From an uncultured Gemmatimonadaceae bacterium (GTDB lineage Bacteria > Gemmatimonadota > Gemmatimonadetes > Gemmatimonadales > Gemmatimonadaceae): DNA of 64,000 bases. The translations under genes and the position numbers were made by a program. This document shows positions 59,213 to 64,000 of this stretch, piece by piece (the first letter of the stretch is position 1; each line of letters starts with the position of its first letter). The notes under the pieces are model-generated. The model was not told the DNA's origin, ran no database searches, and was given only the letters and a program-made list of their open reading frames with translations. Location: the NCBI GenBank assembly GCA_963829055.1, contig CAWHHI010000017.1, positions 1-64,000 of the forward strand, in the 5' to 3' direction.

Positions 59213-60449
59213 ATGCCCATCCGTCGGTCCTTCCGGTTCGTCGCTGCCGTGCTGCTGACCCTCCTCGTCCCGAGCCGAGTCCGGGCGCAGGAACCCGTGA
59301 CCGTCATCCGCGCCGCGCGCGTGCTCGACGGGACCGGGCGCGCCGTCCCGAACGCCATCATCGTCGTCCGCGGCTCGCGCATCGTCGCGCTCGGGCCTAA
59401 CGCGAGCATTCCCGCCGGCGCGCGCGTGTACGACCTCGGCGCGCTCACCGTGCTGCCCGGCATCATCGACGCGCACGACCACCTGGCGTGGCACTTCAAT
59501 CCGCAGGGCCGCTACCACGCCGGCAACGACGGCGAGACCGAGTTCGAGGGCGCGCTGGCGATTGCCGGCAACGCGAACGAGACGCTCCGCTCAGGCATCA
59601 CGACCGCCCAGAGCCTCGGCTCGCGTGAGGACAAGGCGCTGCGCGCCTCGATCGCGAGCGGCGCGATCCCCGGACCTCGACTGCTGACGTCACTCGTTCC
59701 GCTCACCGAGCGGAGCAGCCCGGACACGCTCCGCCAGCTCGTGCGCGAACGAAAGCAACAGGGCGCGGACGTGATCAAGCTGTTCGCGTCCAAGAGCATT
59801 CGCGATGGCGGCGCCCAGACCATGACGGACGAGCAGCTCGCCGCGGCCTGCGGTGAGGCGAAGAGCGTCGGTCTGCGCAGCGTCGTTCACGCCCATAGCG
59901 CGGAGAGCATGCGGGCGGCCGCGCTCGCCGGGTGCTCGCAGATCGAGCACGGTGTATTCGCCACGCCAGAGGTTCTCAAGCTGCTGGCCGAGCGGAAGGT
60001 GTACTTCGATCCGCAGGTGTGTCTCGTCTTCCGCAACTACCTCGACAACCGCGCGAAGTACAACGGCATCGGCAACTACAACGATTCCGGGTTCGCGTCG
60101 ATGGAGCGCGCGCTGCCACTGGCGGCGAAGATGTACAAGCAAGCGATCGCCACACCGGGGCTCGACGTCGTGTACGGCACCGACGCCGTCGCGGGCGCGC
60201 ACGGCCGGAACGTGGAGGAGCTGGTCTGTCGCGTACGCGACGGTGGCCAGAAGCCGATGGACGCGATCGTTGCGGCGACGTCGCTCAACGCGCGCGCGAT
60301 GGGAATGTCCGACTCGTTAGGTACGATCGCCGTCGGGCAAGCTCGCCGACATCATCGCCGTCGATGGCGATCCGTCGCGCGACATCGAGGCGTTGAGGCG
60401 CGTCCTGTTCGTGATGAAGAATGGCCGAGTGTACCGGAACGACCGTTAG
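59213..60449 (+). CDS. Secreted amidohydrolase family protein (frameshift near 60340)
   Basis: [30 protein letters not shown]. Confidence 0.9.
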
Positions 60450-60461
60450 GCAGGCCGCACA

Positions 60462-61441
60462 ATGCCACTGAGCGGCTACAACTTCACCGAGCGAGTGAGA
60501 AAGGTCCTCGCGATGGCACGCGAGGAGGCGGCTCGTCTTCACCACGAGTACGTGGGGACCGAGCACATCCTGCTCGCGTTAGTCCGCGAGGGCGAGGGCG
60601 TCGCCTCGACCGTCCTGCAGAATCTCAGCGTGCGATCTCGACGAGGTTCAGCAGAAGGTCGAAGACATCGTCAAGACGGGGAGAGCGTCGACGCGACGAC
60701 GGGGCCCGACTTGCCGTACACGTCGCGCGCCAAGAAGGTGCTCGAACTGGCCATGGCGAGGCCCGCGAGCTGAGTCACAGCTACGTCGGCACCGAGCACC
60801 TGCTCCTCGGTGTCATCGCCGAGGACAAAGGGATTGGCGCGCAGGTGCTGCAGTCTCAGGGGGTGACGCTCGAGCGTGCGCGCGCCGAGACCGTGAGGCT
60901 TCTGGGCCCCGAGCTGGCGCCGGCAACGTCTCGCCGATGCCGGCCGCGGCGCACCCGGCGGCGTCCAGGGTACGCGCGCTCGCGCAGTCCGTACGGCGTG
61001 GCGATCGTCGAGGACTTCACGGGCCGCGCACGCGACGCGCTCCGCGCGGCGTACGACGAGGCGAACAGCCGCCACCACGACGCGGTCGAGCTGTCGCACG
61101 TGCTGCTGGCGCTCGCGTCACGCGAGGACGGCATGGCGGCCGTGCTGCTCGATCAGGTCGATGGGCTCGCGGAAGCGGCGTCGTCGAGGCGCTGGTCGAG
61201 CGTCTGCCCGACAAGGAGAAGCCGCGCCGACCGCCAGCCGGTGCAGCTGTCGCCAGACACGCAGCAGGTGCTCGACAACGCGCTGGTCGAGGCGAGCAAG
61301 GACGGCCATCGTCGCGCGGGAACGCAGCATCTGCTGCTCGCGGCGCTCGATGCACTGCCGATTGCTCTGGCCGCCGCGTGCGCTCAGCTCGGGCTTACGG
61401 CGAAAGCGACGCGTACGGTGTATGAGAGAATGAGGGAGTAG
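60462..61441 (+). CDS. Stand-alone Clp N-terminal repeat protein (two Clp-N domains, no ATPase; frameshifted)
   Basis: FTERVRKVLAMAREEA..HEYVGTEHILL, YTSRAKKVLE..YVGTEHLLL, a second degenerate pair, stop at 61441. Confidence 0.85.
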
Positions 61442-61446
61442 AAGGC

Positions 61447-61570
61447 CGGGAACGGGGAACCGGGAGACGGGAACGGGGACTGGACGTGAAAACCCTCGGG
61501 AGGCTCACTCTCGCGAGAGAAGCGTCCCGAGGGTTGTCCCGTTCCCCGTTCCCAGTCTCCCAGCTTCCCG
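61447..61570. terminator. Heptamer-type inverted repeat between convergent genes
   Basis: GGGAACGGGGAACCGGGAGACGGGAACGGGG ... CCCGTTCCCCGTTCCCAGTCTCCC. Confidence 0.55.
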
Positions 61571-61572
61571 TC

Positions 61573-62504
61573 TTACTGCTCGACCAGAATCAGATACTTC
61601 GATCCGCCCCAGAAGGCGTTCGGGTCCGAGATCTTGAGCGAGCCCTTCACCATGCCCTTCTTCGGATCCATGCGGCTCGGCGAAGTGCATGTCCTGCCGA
61701 GTCACGATGCGGTAGGTCTTGTTCGGATTCGGCAGGCTCGATGCGTGAGGTCCTTGAGCTTCGAGATCGTCTGGAACTGCGCCGGCTCGAGGTGCCGAGC
61801 GGCGACGATCGTCTTGCCACGGCCGAACATCAGCTTCGTGCCGCCTTCCTTCTTGATCACGCCGCGCTTGATCAGATCCTTCTCGGAACCGATCGCGACG
61901 AAGACCGAGTCCTCACGCGCCGTCATCTCGGTCGTGCGGGCGATGAGCACCGTGTTCGCGCCGGTCAGGCTGTCGACGCGCTGCGTGAGCGACGACGATC
62001 TCGGCCTGCTGACGCTCGACGGTCGCCTTCATGTCCTGGATCGAGCGCTCGTACTCGGCGAGCCGCTGAACCTGCTGCGAATCGACCTGCGCGTGCGCGA
62101 GCTCGTCCTGGCGCATCTTGCGGACGCGCGCTTCGCTGGCGTTGAGCCGCGAGATGAGCGCGCGGACCTTACCCTGAATCGTCTCGAGCTTGCTCGAGGC
62201 GTTCGCTTCGGTCTCGGCGACGTTCGAGACGGTCGATTTCTTGCTGGCCTTGATGCCGCGGACGGCGGAGAGGTCCTTGTCGATCTCGCTGATGAGGCGC
62301 GCGCTCGTGGCGGCGTCGCCGATGATCGCGCTCTGCTCGCTGAGCTGGCGCGTCTTCTCGGCGATCAGGCTGTCCTTCTGCCTGAGCAGTGAATCCTGGC
62401 CGGCGTAGCTGAGGGCGGGCGTGCCGTCGGCGTTGCTTACGGGGTTGCTCCTTGCACGCGACGGCCGTCGCGGCGAGAGCGAGGGCGAAAATTCGTCGGT
62501 TCAT
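61573..62504 (-). CDS. Coiled-coil lipoprotein of unknown function (frameshifted)
   Basis: AVAC lipobox, long coiled coil, FVAIGSEKDLIKRGVIKKEGG, DPNAFWGGSKYLIL. Confidence 0.7.
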
Positions 62505-62690
62505 GCGGTCTCCACGATTAGTGCCTGTATTTGATCGATCGAGACGACGAGGGCTGCGAATCGCGCCCAGGTCGATATTGTGACGATCGAAGCCTGAGTT
62601 GTGATACCAAGGTTGCTGTTTCGGCGCCGCAAACGGAGTGACGGCGGTCACAGCCGAATGGCTGAAATTTGTTAGGCGTGGCTAATCGGC

Positions 62691-62847
62691 TGTCATTCCG
62701 AGCGGAGCCATGTCATTCCGAGCGAGCGCCGGAGGCGCGGAGTCGAGGAATCGCGATCGTCCCGGTAGAGGGCCCTCTACCGGGACGGTCGTCGATTCCT
62801 CGACTGCGCTGCTCGCTCGCTCGGAATGACAACCCGCTCGGAATGAC
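62691..62847. repeat. REP-like element, family A (doubled termini)
   Basis: Termini nearly identical to 7652-7830. Confidence 0.88.
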
Positions 62848-63003
62848 CCTCTGCCTAACGAACAGGTCAGGTCGACCGGTCAAGCTTGGCTGAGCCGGAC
62901 GGACCGACCACGAATCGCGTAGCTCCGATCACCGCCTGGTGAGCTCGAGCGGTGGCATCGTCAACGATACTCGCGTCGACAGTGCCCTGATCCGGAGCTC
63001 CGC

Positions 63004-63460
63004 ATGCGCTCGATCATCCAATGCGGCGGCACCATAACGCTGCTCGCAACGCTGCTCGCGATCCCAACTGTCGCCCGCTCACAGGCGACCACCGCGCCAC
63101 ACACGCCGCGGGCACCGGTGTGGGCCACGCTCTCGCTCGGACGGGGCGACCTCAAGGTGAACTGTGCGATCTGCCGCACCACGGACCAGACCTCGTGGGC
63201 CGCGGATGTCACCGTTGGCGGGTGGATCAATGCGCGGACGACCCTCGGCGGCGAGCTCGGGGCATGGCGGCTCGCAGGCGACGAAGCCACGCAGCGGGTG
63301 ATGATGGTCAGCGCGGTGAGCCAACTCTATACGTCGTCGTGCCTCACGCGACACTCGTGCAGGGCTTCAACAGGCGCCTGTACCTCGACGACGAGAAGGT
63401 GACGAGCGGCTCGCAGTTGAAGCTCGTCCGCTTCGGTCTTGGGGTGGGGTGCGTCGATGA
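63004..63460 (+). CDS. Exported hypothetical, probable small beta-barrel (frameshift or deletion)
   Basis: Signal peptide, CxxC loop, amphipathic strands. Confidence 0.5.
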
Positions 63461-64000
63461 GCCGCGCTGTTCGATGGGCTGTCACCGCCGTGGCCGTGTT
63501 CACTGGTGCCGTCGCCTGCGCGAGCGACGAAGTCGCCGCGCCAATGCCCGCGGTCGCAACCGATCCGTCCCGCGCGTTCAGCCTCTGGGCGCCAGGGCCT
63601 AACGACACATGCACGAAGGAGCAGCACGATGCGTACTCCGTCGTCGGCCCCGACGGCAAGCTGTATCCGACGTGGCATCCACCGGTCGATCCGGCATCCG
63701 GGTGTTCGTTCGGCCACGAGCATGGACGCGATCCGCACGGCTCGCATCTCTACCGACTCGTCGGTGACATGCCGTTAGGCGTCGCGAACGAGGCGCTGGA
63801 GACGTTCGACCCCGCGAATCCCCGCCGCGAGGACCACGTCGGTCACAAGATCGAGTGGGAGAACGACGTCCCAATGCGCGTGAACGCCGGCGTCGCGTCG
63901 GCCATCCTGCAGGTGACGTGCGACGTGATGATCAAGCTGCACCAGGGCACTCATTCGAAGGACGCATTCACGAACAACCTGCACGAGATGGTCTATCACA
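63457..64000 (+). CDS. His-rich lipoprotein, partial (runs off the window; absent from the ORF track)
   Basis: MSRAVRWAVTAVAVFTGAVAC lipobox; YPTWHPP..CSFGHEHGRDP, EDHVGHK, LHQGTHS..NNLHE; frame open to the window end. Confidence 0.75.
   Translation, partial: MSRAVRWAVTAVAVFTGAVACASDEVAAPMPAVATDPSRAFSLWAPGPNDTCTKEQHDAYSVVGPDGKLYPTWHPPVDPASGCSFGHEHGRDPHGSHLYRLVGDMPLGVANEALETFDPANPRREDHVGHKIEWENDVPMRVNAGVASAILQVTCDVMIKLHQGTHSKDAFTNNLHEMVYH

Noticed and set aside
59192..61441. 749-aa amidohydrolase-ClpN fusion ORF in the track
   Set aside because: Frameshift artefact. The amidohydrolase C-terminus ends at TAG 60449 in another frame and the Clp-N gene has its own ATG at 60462.
10205..62504. Widespread frameshifts as mass pseudogenisation or programmed frameshifting
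   Set aside because: Indels hit unrelated genes in blocks while catalytic motifs stay intact, and neighbouring blocks (about 1.3-7.2 kb, 19.4-21.7 kb, 56.5-59 kb) are largely clean. This pattern fits low-coverage long-read error. I saw no consistent slippery sites.
27..63780. GTTAGGC sites as integron attC core sites or telomere-like repeats
   Set aside because: They match GTTRRRY, but most lie inside coding sequences as isolated copies. They are not paired at cassette boundaries and are not tandem.

Overview
GC-rich chromosomal segment (roughly 69-70% by eye). The gene content suggests Gemmatimonadota (inference): four ADOP-type MacB/FtsX permeases, two acidobacterial-type PadR regulators, BTAD-TolB-TPR and Ser/Thr kinase-TPR proteins, and secreted S9/M28/M1 peptidases. 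About 40 CDS are recognisable. Many are broken by 1-bp indels, which look like long-read errors rather than true pseudogenes, so coordinates of frameshifted genes are approximate. I found no rRNA, tRNA, CRISPR array, transposase or integrase. The most unusual signals are non-coding. (1) The non-palindromic motif (G)CCTAAC(G) occurs about once per kb on both strands and is written into genes through rare synonymous codons (TTA-GGN Leu-Gly, CCT-AAC Pro-Asn). (2) A ~140-nt structured element with compensatory stems sits in sense orientation in the 3' UTRs of two convergent genes. (3) Several families of REP/MITE-like palindromic elements occur, some nested inside one another. (4) A TGTAG-N5-CTACA palindrome is shared by two ADOP loci and is a candidate PadR operator. 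Notable protein systems are an ECF sigma/anti-sigma cluster with two glycogen-binding (CBM48-like) domains, an ECF sigma-DUF1835 fusion, an ABC-2 permease-M1 aminopeptidase fusion, and a stand-alone tandem Clp-N protein.
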